Assembly: GCA_036785375.1 (NCBI GenBank)
Contig: JAWMAR010000169.1
Span: forward strand, 248,001 to 312,000
Length of the DNA stretch: 64,000 nucleotides
Direction of reading: 5' to 3'
Origin: Leucoraja ocellata
Taxonomy: Eukaryota
Position 1 is the stretch's first letter. The number at the start of each line of letters is the position of its first letter. Both the position numbers and the translations under genes were made by a program. Of the stretch, positions 49,427 through 62,899 are shown one piece after another. The notes under the pieces were generated by a model. It was given only the letters and a program-made list of their open reading frames with translations, ran no database searches and had not been told where the DNA came from.

Positions 49427-51585
49427 GGTACACAAAAGTGCTGGAGAAAATGCGGGTGCAGCAGTATCTATGGAGCGAAGGAAATAGGCGACGTTTCGGG
49501 CCAAAACCCTTCTTCAGACTGATGGGGGGTGGGGGGGAGAAGGAAGGAAAAAGGCAGGAGGAGGAGCCCGAGGGCTGGGGATTGGAGGAGACAGCTCGAG
49601 GGTTAAGGAAGGGGAGGAGACAGCAAGGGATAGCAAAATTGGGAGAATTCAACGTTCATGCCACCGGGCGCAAGCAACCCAGGCGGAATATGAGGTGCAG
49701 TTCCTCCAATTTCCGGTGTTGCTCACTCTGGCAATGGAGGAGACCCAGGACAGAGAGGTCGGATTGGGAATGGGAGTTGAAGTGCTGAGCCACCGGGAGT
49801 TCAGGTAGGTTATTGCAGACTGAGCGGAGGTGTTCGGCGAAACGATCGCCCAACCTCCGCTACGTCTCCCCGATGTAAATCAGCTGCCATCTAGAGCAGC
49901 GGATGCAGTAGATGAGGTTGGAGGAGATACAGGTGAACTTTTGTCGCACCTGGAACGACTGCTTGGGTCCTTGAATGGAGTCGAGGGGGGAGGTGAAGGG
50001 ACAGGTGTTGCATTTCTTGCGGTTGCAACGGAAAGTGCCTGGGGAGGGGGTGCTACGGGAGGGAAGGGAAGAATTGACAAGGGAGTTGCGGAGGGAGCGG
50101 TCTTTGTGGAAGGCAGACATAGGGGGAGATGGGAAGATGTGGCGAGTGGTGGGGTCACGTTGAAGGTGGCGGAAATGGCGGAGGATTATGTGTTGTATTT
50201 GCCGGCTGGTGGGGTGAAAGGTGAGGACTAGGGGGACTCTGCCCTTGTTGCGAGTGCGGGGATGGGGAGAGAGAGCAGTGTTGCGGGGTATGGATGAGAC
50301 CCTGGTGCGAGCCTCATCTATAGTGGCGGAGGGGAATCCCCGTTCCCTGAAGAACGAGGACATTTCCAATGCCCTGGTGTGGAACGTCTCATCCTGGGAA
50401 CAGATGCGGCGTAGGCGGAGGAATTGGGAGTAAGGGATGGAGTCTTTACAGGGGGCAGGGTGGGAAGACGTGTAGTCCAGATAGCCATGTGAGTCAGTTG
50501 GTTTGTAGTGTATTTCGGTCAGAAGTCTGTCCCCTGCGATGGAGATGGTGAGGTCAAGGAATGGTAGGGAAGTGTCAGAAATGGTCCAGGTGTATTGGAG
50601 TGCCGGATGGAAGTTGGTGGTGAAGTGGACGAAGTCAGTCAGTTGTGTGTGGGTGCAGGAGGTGGCCCCAAAGCAGTCGTCAATGTAACAGAGGTAGAAG
50701 TCGTTACGTATTGAACAAGGATTGTTCAACGTACCCGACAAAGAGGCAGGCGTAGCTGGGGCCCATGTGTGTGCCCATAACTATGCCTTGTGTTTGGAGG
50801 AAATGGGAGGAGTCAAACGTAAAGTTGTTGAGGGTGAGGACCAACTCCACTAGGCAGAGGAGAGTGTCTGTGGCTGGGTATAGGTTGCTCCTCTGGTCGA
50901 GGAAGAACCGGAGGGCTTTGAGGCCATCCTGGTGGGGGATGGAGGTGTAGAGTGACTGGACATCCATGGTGAAGATGAGGGGGTGAGGGCCTAGAGAGTG
51001 GAATGCGTGGAGGCAGCGGAGAGTGTCTGAGGTGTCTAGAACATAGGTGGGAAGGGATTTGACCAACGGGGATAGTATGGAGTCAAGGTATGTGGAGATG
51101 AGTTCGGTGGGGCACGAACAAGCAGAGACAATGGGTCTGCCGGGAGAGCCGGGTTTGTGGATTTTGGGGAGAAGGTAAAAACGGGCCATGCGGGGCTGGG
51201 GAATGATGAGGTCGGAAGCTTGGTCGGGCAGGGCATGGGAATTGATGAAGTTGGTGATGGTGCTAGATGTGGTGGCCTGGTGCTCATCAGTGGGGTCATG
51301 GTCCAAGGGTAAGTAGGAGGAGGTGTCCGAGAGTTGGCGCGTGGCCTCAGCTTTGTAGAGATCGACGTGCCAGACTACCACGGCACCTCCCTTGTCGGCT
51401 GGTTTGATAACCCAATCTGGTTTTTTGCGGAGTGATTCAATGGCAGTACGTTCGGGGGGGGAGAGATTGGAGTGAGACAGGGGAGAGGAGAAGTTGAGGT
51501 GGTTGACGTCGCTGCGGCATTTCTGCATAAAGAGTTCCAGAGCCGGGACGTTACGAGGGGGGTTCCACAAGGAGGGGGTGCGTAG
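49427..51585 (-). mobile_element. Penelope-like element (RT + GIY-YIG endonuclease + pLTR), 5'-truncated
   Basis: ORF 50704-51570 has KPADKGGAVV, FYLLPKIHK, GRPIVS, TMDVQSLYTSIP, GIVMGTHMGP. ORF 49860-50741 has YIDD, HYKPTD, NLIYCIRC...IYIGET. One frameshift near 50710. Confidence 0.95.
49490..49517 (-). ncRNA. Minimal hammerhead-ribozyme core in the Penelope pLTR
   Basis: Minus strand CUGAAGA-A-GGGUUUUGGCCC-GAAAC-GUC: CUGAnGA and GAAA cores flanking a short stem II. Stems I and III are very short, so activity is unproven. Confidence 0.6.
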
Positions 51586-54500
51586 TATTTAGTATTTAAT
51601 ATATAGGTATAATTCTGGTCAGGTTCAAGATCACTGTATTTTAATTAGGACAATTATTAAATTACTTAGGATTATTCTAAACTAACTTTCACTCCTAACA
51701 GGTAAGCAATTCCTGGTCAACAGATAACATCACTATTTTGGCAACCTGGTGAAGATTTCATTTTTGTAAGTGATAATTGTCCCATCTGATGTCAATAAAG
51801 ATGTAAAATTGAAGAATCAATCAGATCAGCGGGTACTTGTCAATTATACCACTTGTACTCTGAATTGTAGGAATGCTCAATTGTATTATTATAATTCGTC
51901 AACCTATTCATTCAATCTATTACTGGAATGAATACTGATTGAAATCTTACTCACAGTGCTGAGTTTAACTAAAGGGCTGCAGTTCCTTGACTCACAGGTA
52001 TAGCGGCAAGAGTGCTTGACTTGGCAAATGAGCCCCTTCGTCTTAATTCCCATTTGCATGCACAGCCATAAACTCAATTGCTTTATAATCTCAAAACTAA
52101 ATTGGGGAACAGCTGCCAAACGCTCAATGTTGAAGGGTAGTGGGTTGCTGCTTAAGAGAAACAGACTACAGAAAGAAAATTGCTGTTGTAAGATGAGGCC
52201 AAATTGTTTGGTTTCAAATGTATCATGTGAGAGTCAGAGTGTCATAGTGGATGGGGCATTCAACACTCCACAACTGTGCTGAGCATTTAGTCCAACTGCA
52301 CTAATCATATTTACTTGCGTTAAGTCCATGCAGTGCTTAATTAAGTGCCATTCTAAGTGCCCTTTAAATGTGTTGATTTTATCTGATTCCACCAGCAGTG
52401 TGTTCCATATATCAACCAACTCTGCATAAAAGAAAATCTCCCCTCAAATCCCTTTTGATACATTTTCCTCTTGTTCTTGTTCTACCGTGGGCAGAGGATT
52501 CTGACTATCTATCCTACCGATAATCTACCCTCTCATAATTTTATACACCTCCATTGGGCTACCCTTTCAGCCCTCTTCACTCCAAGGAAAATAAGCCCGG
52601 CCTATCCAATCTCTTCCCATAACCTGAATCCTCCAATCTCACCAATATCCTGCTGCATCTCCTCCATACAACTTTCCCCATTATTTTGGTGACCAGAACT
52701 CCACACAATACTCCAAATTGCTGTCCAACCAGTGTTTTGTGCAGCTGCAATGTAACATCTCAATTTTTATATTCCAATCCCTGATCAATGAAGGTAAGCC
52801 TGTCATATGCCATCTTCACCACCAGCTTAGAAATATAGAAACATAGAAAATAAGTACAGGAGGATGCCATTCGGCCCTTCGAGTCAGCACTGCCATTCAT
52901 TGTGATCACAGCTGATCATCCCCAATCAATAATCCATGCCTGCCTTCTCCCCATATCCCTTGATTCCACTAGCCCCTGGAGCTCTATCTATTTGTTTTTA
53001 ATATATTTTTATTAGAAGCAAGCACATATCATAATAAAAACATTTAATGTATATCAGTCGTACATTAATAATATTATCAGTTGTGTATTGATTCTGCTTC
53101 TAGTTTTTTTTTTATATAGATAGAGAGTAAGAGAGAGAAAAAAAGGCATGATAAAAAAGAATGGAATAATTTACTAATAAAGCATTGGAGATAGCTTCGT
53201 AAATTATAATCCTAGAGTATCTAACGTTCTCTAAATCCATTCAGTGATTTGGCCTCCACTGCCCTCTGTGGCAGGGATTTCCACAAATTCACAGCTCTCT
53301 GGGTGAAAATGTTTTTTCTCACCTCAGTCTTAAATGGCCTCCCCTTTATTCTAAGTCTGTGGCCCCTGGTTCTGGACTCGCCCAACATTGGGAACATTTT
53401 TCCTGCACCTAGCTTGTCCAGTCCTTTTATTTGTATTTCCACTTTCATAGAACTATGCATTTGAACCTCAAGATTCCTCTATTCATCAAAATTCCATAGT
53501 ACCCAACCATGTCCTGTATATGTCCTATCCCTGTTTCCACTGTGTCTATATCTTGCTGTAGCCTTAGACAATCTTCCTCACTGCCCACAACACCATCAAT
53601 GTTCTTGTCATGTGTAAACTTGCCAAACATACCTCCGACCCTTACATACTATGTATCATAAGCTACAAGGATCCTAGCACCAATTCCTCAGAAACACCAC
53701 TGGCCATAGACTTCCTATCAGAAAATTAACCTTCCACCACTACTCTAAACCTCATTAATCTAACACCTCCTCCTTCTTAATACAGACCTGCTCCATATAT
53801 CCTTCCCTTAATTCATTCCATTCCATGTCCGATTCCTTGGTGAATAGTGAGGAGAAGTATTCATTTAGTACCTCCCCCACATCTCCTGATTCCTCACATA
53901 GATTAATCACTTAGATTTGGTCCATGAAGGGTTCACTCCTTCCCTGGCCATCTTCTTGCTCCCGATATATTTAAAGGGATTGGGAAGGTAAATTGATTGC
54001 AGAGTCTCCTGAGTATGTTGGCTTCCTGAGAGAAGTATCATAGTCCAAAAATGATCGGGAGGAACTGTAGTGATGATTTGTACCAATACATCTTATTATA
54101 TAGTCATCGAGTCATAGAGTGATACAATGTGGAAACAGGCCCTTTGGCCCAACTCGCCCACACTGGCCAACAATGTCTCAGCTACCCTTGTCTCACTTGC
54201 CTGCGCTTGGTCCATATCTCTCCAAACCTGTCCTATCCATGTACCTGTCTAACTGTTTCCTAAACGGTGGGATAGTCCCAGCCACAACTACCTTCTCGGG
54301 CAGATTGTTCCATACACCGACCACCCTTTTGTGTGAAAAAGTTACCCCTCAGATTCCTATTAAATCTTTTCACTTTCATCTTGAACCTACTGTAATTCCT
54401 CTGGTCCTCGATTCGCCTGCTCTGGGCAAAAGACTGTGCATCTACCCAATCTATTCCTCTCATGATTTTGTATAAGATCTCCCCTCATCCTCCTGCATTT

Positions 54501-55871
54501 CATGGAATAGAGACCCAGCCAACTCAACCTCTCCCTATAGTTCACACCCTCTAGTCCTGGCAACGTCCTCGTAAATCTTTTCTGAACCCTTTCAAGCTTG
54601 ACAATATCTTTCTTATAACATGGTGCCCAGGATTGAACACAATATTCTAAATGCGGTCTCACCCACATCATTGACTTGGTGTTTATAATTAAGAAACTAG
54701 AATGGTGGGTCACGCAGCTCTGCTGAATGGTGGTCATTGTCATTAAGCTACAGTTGTACAGCACAGAAACAGGCTGCAGGTGCTGTCTGTACAGAGTTTG
54801 TACGTTCTCCCTGTGACTTGCGTGGGTTTTCTCTGAGATCTTCGATTTCCTCCCGCACTCCAAAGACGTACAGGTTTGTTATTTGATTGACCTGGTATAA
54901 ATGTAAATTGTCCTTAGTGTGTGTAGGGTAGTGTTAATGTTCGAGGATAATTGATCAGTGCAGACTCAGTGGCCGAAGGGCCGGTTTCCGCACTGTATCT
55001 CTCAACTAAACTAAACTAAAGATATGTTATGCTCACTGGTCTATAATTCCCAGGCTTTTCCTTGCAGCCCTTCTTAAATAGCAGACATTAACCAATCTCC
55101 AGTCATTCAGCACATCAACCATGTCTAACATTTGTCCTGCATTTTCTTCTCTAGCATCACACAGGTCAGACCAGGAGATTGATCTACTTCATATATCTTA
55201 GGATGTGCTTAGGAGTAGGTAGCTAGCAACATTTGTCCTCACATTATAACCCTAGTTAGGATGGCACCCGAAGATCTATCTACTCCCCCATGAATCCACA
55301 CAGTGGAGCACTTTATTTTCTCATGAACGGGAGGTTACTATTTGATCACCTAATGAGTAACATTCAATAGTCAGCTTTATTCCAATTGTGTGAAACTCGT
55401 TGCCATCTGTCAGCATGCCATTGAAAAGGTAGTACTGCTCATGTATTTTTAAAACCGTCTTTGAGCCAAGAATGCAATTCTTGTGGTGTTATGCGGTCGA
55501 GCAAAAATACCTAATATTCTACTTCAGATGCATGTGCACACTTTCCCATCTCTATTTTTTTGAAATTTCACTGACCCCGGTACACGTAGTACCCCTTATT
55601 AGGCTGCATGGCGCTGCTAAATAATTCAGAATCCAGCAGATGTCATATTTAACCATGCTTTCTTTATGAAACAATTGACCCAGATGTAACCTACAACAGT
55701 GCAAATAGCTGAAGAAAGGAAAAGAAAGGAACAGTTCTACAATGCACGAGCATCAAATCATAAATATAATGACTACATGGGGTCACAGTGTTCCAGTATT
55801 ATTAAAACAATGCAGTAACAAAGATGCAATAATTCATAATTCCATAGCAAATGAAGCTGTTAGTAAGCTTT

Positions 55872-58800
55872 AATAGAAAAATTAAACGAGAACTTACCGT
55901 TTGAAGTTTGATCTTTATTTTCTGAGAATTTGAAGTGAGGGAATACGTGAAGAGCCCGCCAGCCTGCATGCGCGTCAATCTTCAGAGCAACTGTAGGAAG
56001 CCCCAGACCAGTTGTACTGATTTAATCTATAGGAAGATTAACGACCCTAGACCCACCGGATGATCTTTATGAGAATCAGGGTTGGGAGTGGAGGGCACGT
56101 ATTCCCTCACTTCAAATTCTCATAAAATAAATATCAAACTTCAAACGGTAAGTTCTCGTTTAATCTTCCTATTTTATATCAAAGTCACATGAGTGACTAA
56201 GTGAAGCCTTCAAAGCTCTGTGGTTTCATGCAGTAACCCAATCTATGTGTGAAACACTTAAACAGATAAACCATAAATGGTAGAAACATGGGTTATTGAT
56301 ACCATGATGCTAACTTGCATACATGGCCACTGTTCTTAATCGGACCACAGTCCCAATTGGCTTTGAGTTAGACAATAACTCAGGCAACACTGTTCAGAAT
56401 TCTATTTGCAAACATCCAGGCATATTCAACCAAATTTTTATAACTTCTGAAACCGCACTATGTAAGCCTCCTGCTGAATGATGAAAAGTAAATATCCATT
56501 CTATTGGCTGCTAATTAGCCATCAGCAATCTCTTGACTATTAAGAGAGACTATTAAATAACAATGAAGAAACTATGCTTTATCTCATAGGTACTAGCAAG
56601 CTCAGTGTACCTGTATACATAATAACACCCCTAATCTCCGATCTGGTGGGTATGCTGTCAACTTCAAATATACGCAACCATGCCCGTTTTGCATAATGAG
56701 ATCATTCCCATAAGCTACCCTCATGTCAGTTATGACCCAGAGACTGAGCCAGAGATTGAGTAAAGACTGTGTTCTTTGTGCTGAAATCAGTTGCTAAAAG
56801 CATAATCAACTTAAAAGATACTGCTCCCATTAGGAATACCATAGATGAATATCTGCATAATAATTTACTGATATACAGTGCACACTACTATGAGTGTAGG
56901 CTTATAGAACGGTCATATAAAACACACCTTGCATAACGTTAGTGAACAGCGGGTGAATAACCAATCATATATTGTCCCACCTATGGGACTATAGAGAATG
57001 ACAAAGCAGCACAAGCAGTGTCAATTTTGCTATCACATATTCGCTTCTCTAAGGCCAAACTGAAAGCAACACAATCCTCTGTTACTTCCATTTAAAAGTA
57101 ACTCACATGTCTCGTTCACAAACTTCCCATACAATCATGCAGCGCTAGGCTGCCCGAGAAGAAGGCTGCACCAGCCATCACTCACGACTTCGAGTAAATA
57201 GGAGCTTCTTTCAGCCGCATTACCATGGACACCCTGAATGAATAGACAAAGTTGGCACTATTAAATTTCATGTTGCCTCATTCTTAATATCGTAAGAGGC
57301 ATCTACTGATAAACTCCTAAGTCTTATTAGCTGCAAACTTTGCTTGTCATCTAAAAACTCGATGACCCAATGCCCTTTTGATCTGAGTAGGGCAGCATTA
57401 GCTTCCACCACCGTTATCAAAACACCAGATATATCTGTGCCTCTTGTGTATAGACATGGCAAAGTATGCATCTTCAAGATCGATCCTCTGATCCAGCTAA
57501 ATTGCTGAAAGCCAATCATCCATCTCAAACTTGGTAACCAAACACATGATCTGATTAGTCAAATCCTAACCTGATTTGGCATGCTCCACATTTCTGCAAT
57601 CTTGAGAAATATCAGAAATACCTCTCTTGTTCTTGGGCAGACTACTCATCCTTTGTGAGATGTCACTGATTCCACTTGGAACCATCGTTTCATCTATTGA
57701 CCGTAAGGACGGAAAATTTTCGGCTTCTCTTGCCGCAGAAGATGCATTATTTATTTATTCATTTATTTTGCTGATAACATATAATCAGAACCTTATGGCT
57801 AGAGCTGAAATACAGCATCCACTTGATGTGGGATTACGCGTTCCCTGTCAACTCTTGACTGTCAGAGTCACCACGAATCCTCAACGTTCTTCCTCAGAGT
57901 GGAAAATAGCATAATGCAAGCCTAAACCAGGAATTGCTTCACAGTCCTCTGACTGCAACCACCTGTCTGAGTCGCCAATGTGCGCAACACAATCTCTTCG
58001 ACCAGCCACTTAATCAGGAATACTGGTATGGAGAGCCTACAGAATATTATATATACATTTTTGATTCACAACATGAACCTGCAGGTCAGATAAAAAATAC
58101 TACATACCAGACTGGCTTCCTGCTGGTAGCTACCTATCCCAGAGAGGAAGGTAATGATGTTTCCAACAAACTGGCAACTTCACTAACTGAACCGAAATTT
58201 AAACATGTGTAGAGGGAGACTTCAACTACTTCACTCTACTGAACAGCCCGATAACCTCAATCACAGATGTAGAGGCAGTGCTTCCCTGGTCAATATGACT
58301 CATATGGCCAGCCAGTTCCAAGATGGTCTACCCTGAACCAGGGTAACCAAGCTGTTCCTACTTGGAACTTACAGAGTTTACTACGCAAGGCACCCTGCCA
58401 ATGTCTCTGCATCAACCTGATCCTCTCCAGCGACAGTGAAAAAGATACTAGACAGCCCATGCTGCCAGTAAATCCAAACCTGGGCCGACAGACTGCTCCA
58501 TTTCAGAGTTTTACGGAGGTTAATAAAGAGACATTACCTGTCGGCATCTCTGAACCCAGGTCGACCTGTTTGTTGGAGCTTCAGCGAAGTTTCATTGCAG
58601 ACCCTGTCTGACCACATCTTCAGCCCCACACTTGCAAACCACTCTTTTCCGGAGCTCAAAAGTGATATTGCTGTGTAAGGCATGCCTGCCAGCATTCCTG
58701 AGCCGAATGGGGCAGACTAGCTCCCTTCTTGAGCCTCAATGGAGTATTTTAGGGGAGGAAAACATTTTGCAACCCTGAACCAGGTGTTGCCTCCTCAGGC

Positions 58801-59344
58801 CTTCAGCCCCCATCTGGCCCATAATTGGATCCACCTCCGTAATCTCCGATGCTCCCCTCATCAGAGTAGGAGGAATACTGCAACCCTGAACCAGGTGTTG
58901 CCACAGGCATTTGGCTGGAGCCGCCTGTTAATGCCTCTGGTGCACGGAGCATATTTCTCGTAACAGAGCCTGCTCCCATGGAGCCTCTCATAGCTTTCCG
59001 CTGGCCACGCTGGCCGCTGTTATTTTTGGAACATGACCTCCCGCGGAGCCTCCACAACATTCAGTAATCCCGGCTGCGCCGGTTGCTGCTATTTTTAAAC
59101 CATGAGCTCCCGCGGAACTTCCATAACATTCAGCAATCCTGCCGCTGCTATTTTTATCCCGCCTCCACGGTGGCAGCTGGGCAAGCTGTTTCCAAGCAGT
59201 GGTCCATTCCTGAATGAATATTTCCCTTACCTGTCTGAGCAGTTTCGAACTGCTCCGATTCTCGCGCCGTGCATCGACGTGTTGATGCGCATGCGGGCTG
59301 GCTGGCTCTTCGCGTATTCACTCACGTGACTTTGATATAAAATA
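55872..59344 (-). mobile_element. DIRS1-like tyrosine-recombinase retrotransposon, degenerate / non-autonomous
   Basis: ITRs at ~55937-55980 and ~59281-59325. ICR 56096-56206 is complementary to both termini. Minus-strand YR remnants FKLIMLLA/LISAQRTQSL (~56765-56820) and LKLTAYPPDRRL (~56630-56670). Confidence 0.85.
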
Positions 59345-60002
59345 ATGCTCAGGCATACCTGATCGGTAGCAAGTGACAGTCATGTCACAAAAGTGTTAGG
59401 CAATGACCATCTGCAACAAGATATAGTCTAACTACTGCCCGTGACAGTCAATTACATTACCATAGCAAATTATACACCATTAATATCCTAGACATAATTA
59501 GCCAGATATACAAATGGATCAGCCACTTAAATATTGTGGCCATGAAAGCAAGTCAGAGGTTGGGTAACTTGCTGTGAATAATTCCCCAAGTCATTTCCAT
59601 CCTCTGCAAGGCATAGATCAGGATCATGATTGAATACTTTCCACAATCATTGCTGTGGTCAGTGCAGAAAACGCTCAAGAATTTGGATATCATCCAGGAT
59701 AAAGCAAGCTATTTGATTGGTATCCTGCCAACTAACCTAAACATCCATTTTTTCAACATTGGTGTACAGCAACTGCATTGTGTATCATTCTAGAGATTGA
59801 GGTTACCTACTGTGACAGCACCTCCCAAATCTATGAACTCTACCACTAAGAAAGACAAGGGCAGCAGGTGCATGAGGATACCTCTTCCTGCAGGTTCCCC
59901 TCCACACCATTCTGACTTTGAAATATATGGCTTGCCCTTCCACAAACTCCCATTTCAACACCACGGTAAGAGACCTTCACCAGATTGCAGTAATTCAAGA
60001 AG

Positions 60003-60433
60003 AGATAGAAACATAGAAACATAGAAATTAGGTGCAGGAGTAGGCCATTCGGCCCTTCGAGCCTGCACCGCCATTCAATATGATCATGGCTGATCATCCA
60101 ACTCAGTATCCCGTACCTGCCTTCTCTCCATACCCCCTGATCCCCTTAGCCACAAGGGCCACATCTAACTCCCTCTTAAATATAGCCAATGAACTGGCCT
60201 CAACTACCCTCTGTGGCAGAGTTCCAGAGATTCACCACTCTCTGTGTGAAAAAAGTTCTTCTCATCTTGGTTTTAAAGGATTTCCCCCTTATCCTTAAGC
60301 TGTGACCCCTTGTCCTGGACTTCCCTAACATCGGGAATAATCTTCCTGCATCTAGCCTGTCCAACCCCTTAAGAATTTTGTAAGTTTCTATAAGATCCCC
60401 TCTCAATCTCCTAAATTCTAGAGAGTATAAACC
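60003..60433 (-). mobile_element. CR1 LINE 3' end
   Basis: ORF 60200-60448 GLYSLEFRRLRGDLIETYK. (TTTCTATG)n tail. Confidence 0.9.
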
Positions 60434-61834
60434 AAAGAAGATGTTCAAGCCCAGTTAGGAATGGGCAGTACTGCTGGCACAGTGGCCCAGTTTGAACATG
60501 AATGGAAGAAATGGGTTTTGGAATTCTTTGTTTTGCATACCCAAAGTATGCAAAGAGTCGCCACATAAAGGACACCAACAAAGATACAAAGTATTCTGTG
60601 GCGAATCTCTCCTTTATTCTTCTCCTAACCCCCCCCCCCCCGCAACACACCCCCGCAACACACCCCACGACAGTTCCTCCTTTGTTCTTGACGTGCATAC
60701 TCCAGATCTCAAGTGGCCCGTCCTCTACCGCCGGCGCCATCCTCGACCTCAATTGCCAGCCGAACCTCGACTGCTGGCACCCTCAACGACTGCCGACCTC
60801 GACCGGTGCCCTCAACTACCGCCCACGCTGGGCATATACCTAGTCCTCTATAATATGAGTAAGAGCTAAATGTATTGGGAATGGAGGTATAGGATAGAAT
60901 GTTGATATCACCAACCTGTCATTTTGTTTTTATTGAGTTGACAATGTTGGCATTTAATGTGCACCCCTAATTGACCCTGAATCAAGGCGGAAGGTTATGA
61001 AGCAACTGCACATGTGGCTCTGGAGTCATATATAGACCAAACAGACCAAAGATAGCAGATTTCCTTCCTGTTAGGAGTAAATCAAAAGAGATATCATGAG
61101 AACCTAGTATAAAATTAGAAGTAAATCAAATTGGACATGTGCTTGAATATACTGACAAATGAGGCGTCCAATTATGCAATGTTAGGTTTCACATTATTAT
61201 TCAGTTCTATATTATTCAGTTATGCCAATCAGGGATTCAAAAGCTACTGCGTATGGTATGATTTTACAAATAGGTACAAAGGAAAAGCACATAATGGGAT
61301 GTCTATTTTAAATTGTTCTGAGCAAATCAAGAGTTATGTCACGTTCCCCAGACAAAAGAAAAGTGATTGAAAATAAATTTGATTGAAAAAAAGAATGGTG
61401 TAGCTTTAAACTGCAAGTTAAAAGAGAATGTGCATCAAGGGATTTATGCCTGTGGAGAGTAAAATCAATTCCAGACAGCCTGCTTAATCTGACTTCGAAG
61501 CCAGGCATCAAAAGATGTCATTTAAGGCACTGCCAGTTTCCTAGGCTCTGCAAAATTTAGACTAGAGCAGTTGATCCAACTTCAATGGATGGCAGTTTAA
61601 AGGAATTTGAAGATGAGAGAAGATGCCCAGTGTCACTCATACACCCAAATGTGTCCTTGAGTGTCCAAAGGCAAATTAATTTGTCAGTGAAAATGACTAA
61701 ATCGCATAGCTGGCATGCAAACAACAGTAGAGAAAGATATTTAAGAAGGAACTGCAGATGCTGGAAAATCGAAGGTACACAAAAATGCTGGAGAAACTCA
61801 GCGGGTAGAGAAAGATACCCTCCAATTCTAACTT

Positions 61835-62232
61835 AGTTTAGTTTAGTTTAAAGATACAGTGCAGAAGCAAGCCTGTCGGCCCACCTAGTCCACGCCGACC
61901 AGTGATCCCCACACACTAATACTATCCTACACACCCTAGGGACAATTTACAATTTTACCAAGCCAATTAACTTACAAACCTGTACATCTTTAGAGAGTGG
62001 AAAGAAACCAGTGCATCCAGAGAAAACCCACATAGGTCACGGTGAACCTATTAAACTCCATACAGATAGCACCCATAGAAAGCAGAAAGTAGGTGTAGGA
62101 GTGGGCCATTCGGCCCTTCGAGCCAGCACTGCCATTCAATATGATCATGGCTGATCATCCAAGGATCATAGTCAGGATCAAACCCGAGTCTCCTGCACTG
62201 TAAGGCAGCAACTCTACCGCTGTGCCACCGTG
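61835..62232 (-). mobile_element. V-SINE/HE1-like SINE with a nested CR1 tail (~62076-62162)
   Basis: Reverse of CACGGTGGCACAGCGGTAGAGTTGCTGCCTTACAG... with a (CTAAA)n tail. Confidence 0.75.
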
Positions 62233-62899
62233 CTACTTATGTGCCTAATAAATACTAATTGCCACTCTTTTTATCAACACTTCCATCTGTTCCTGATGGA
62301 GGTTCCCAAGCGATTATGGAGTGTTGGAAAGGAAACTGATACTGTAGATAACACCCACCATGTAAATTCCCATATAAATAATGTTGGTCAACTATGGGGA
62401 AGTTCTGATGGAAACTTTGAAATAATTGGCTTGCTCTTATAATTTAGGAAGTTCAGGATGTTTACAACTTGACTCATTTACAACATTGTCAAATTTACAA
62501 TTTACAATTTACAATGTCTTGCAATACTTTATTATTTTCTGTGCTTTTTTTTTTAACCTGTCCCACTGTTGATGGAGGCTGCAAGATAATTATTTGGTGA
62601 AGTTCCACCGGGCTTTCTCATTTCATCAGTACCCTACAATCGTTTCCTTGTAAAATTCACCACTGAATCTGTCACAAATCTGGAATGATAAAGATAGTCC
62701 TGCAATATAAAATAAGCATTGTTGCTAGTAAAGAGTGGTAATATTTCATACGTATAATTCAAAACTGGGTAGCACAGTCATGCTGTGGTAAACTTGCTGC
62801 CTTACAGCGCCAGAGACCCGTTTTCATCCTGGCTTTCATTACATTGACCTTCACCAGCCAGATGTATAAGACATTGGTTACGCCACATTTGGAGTATTT

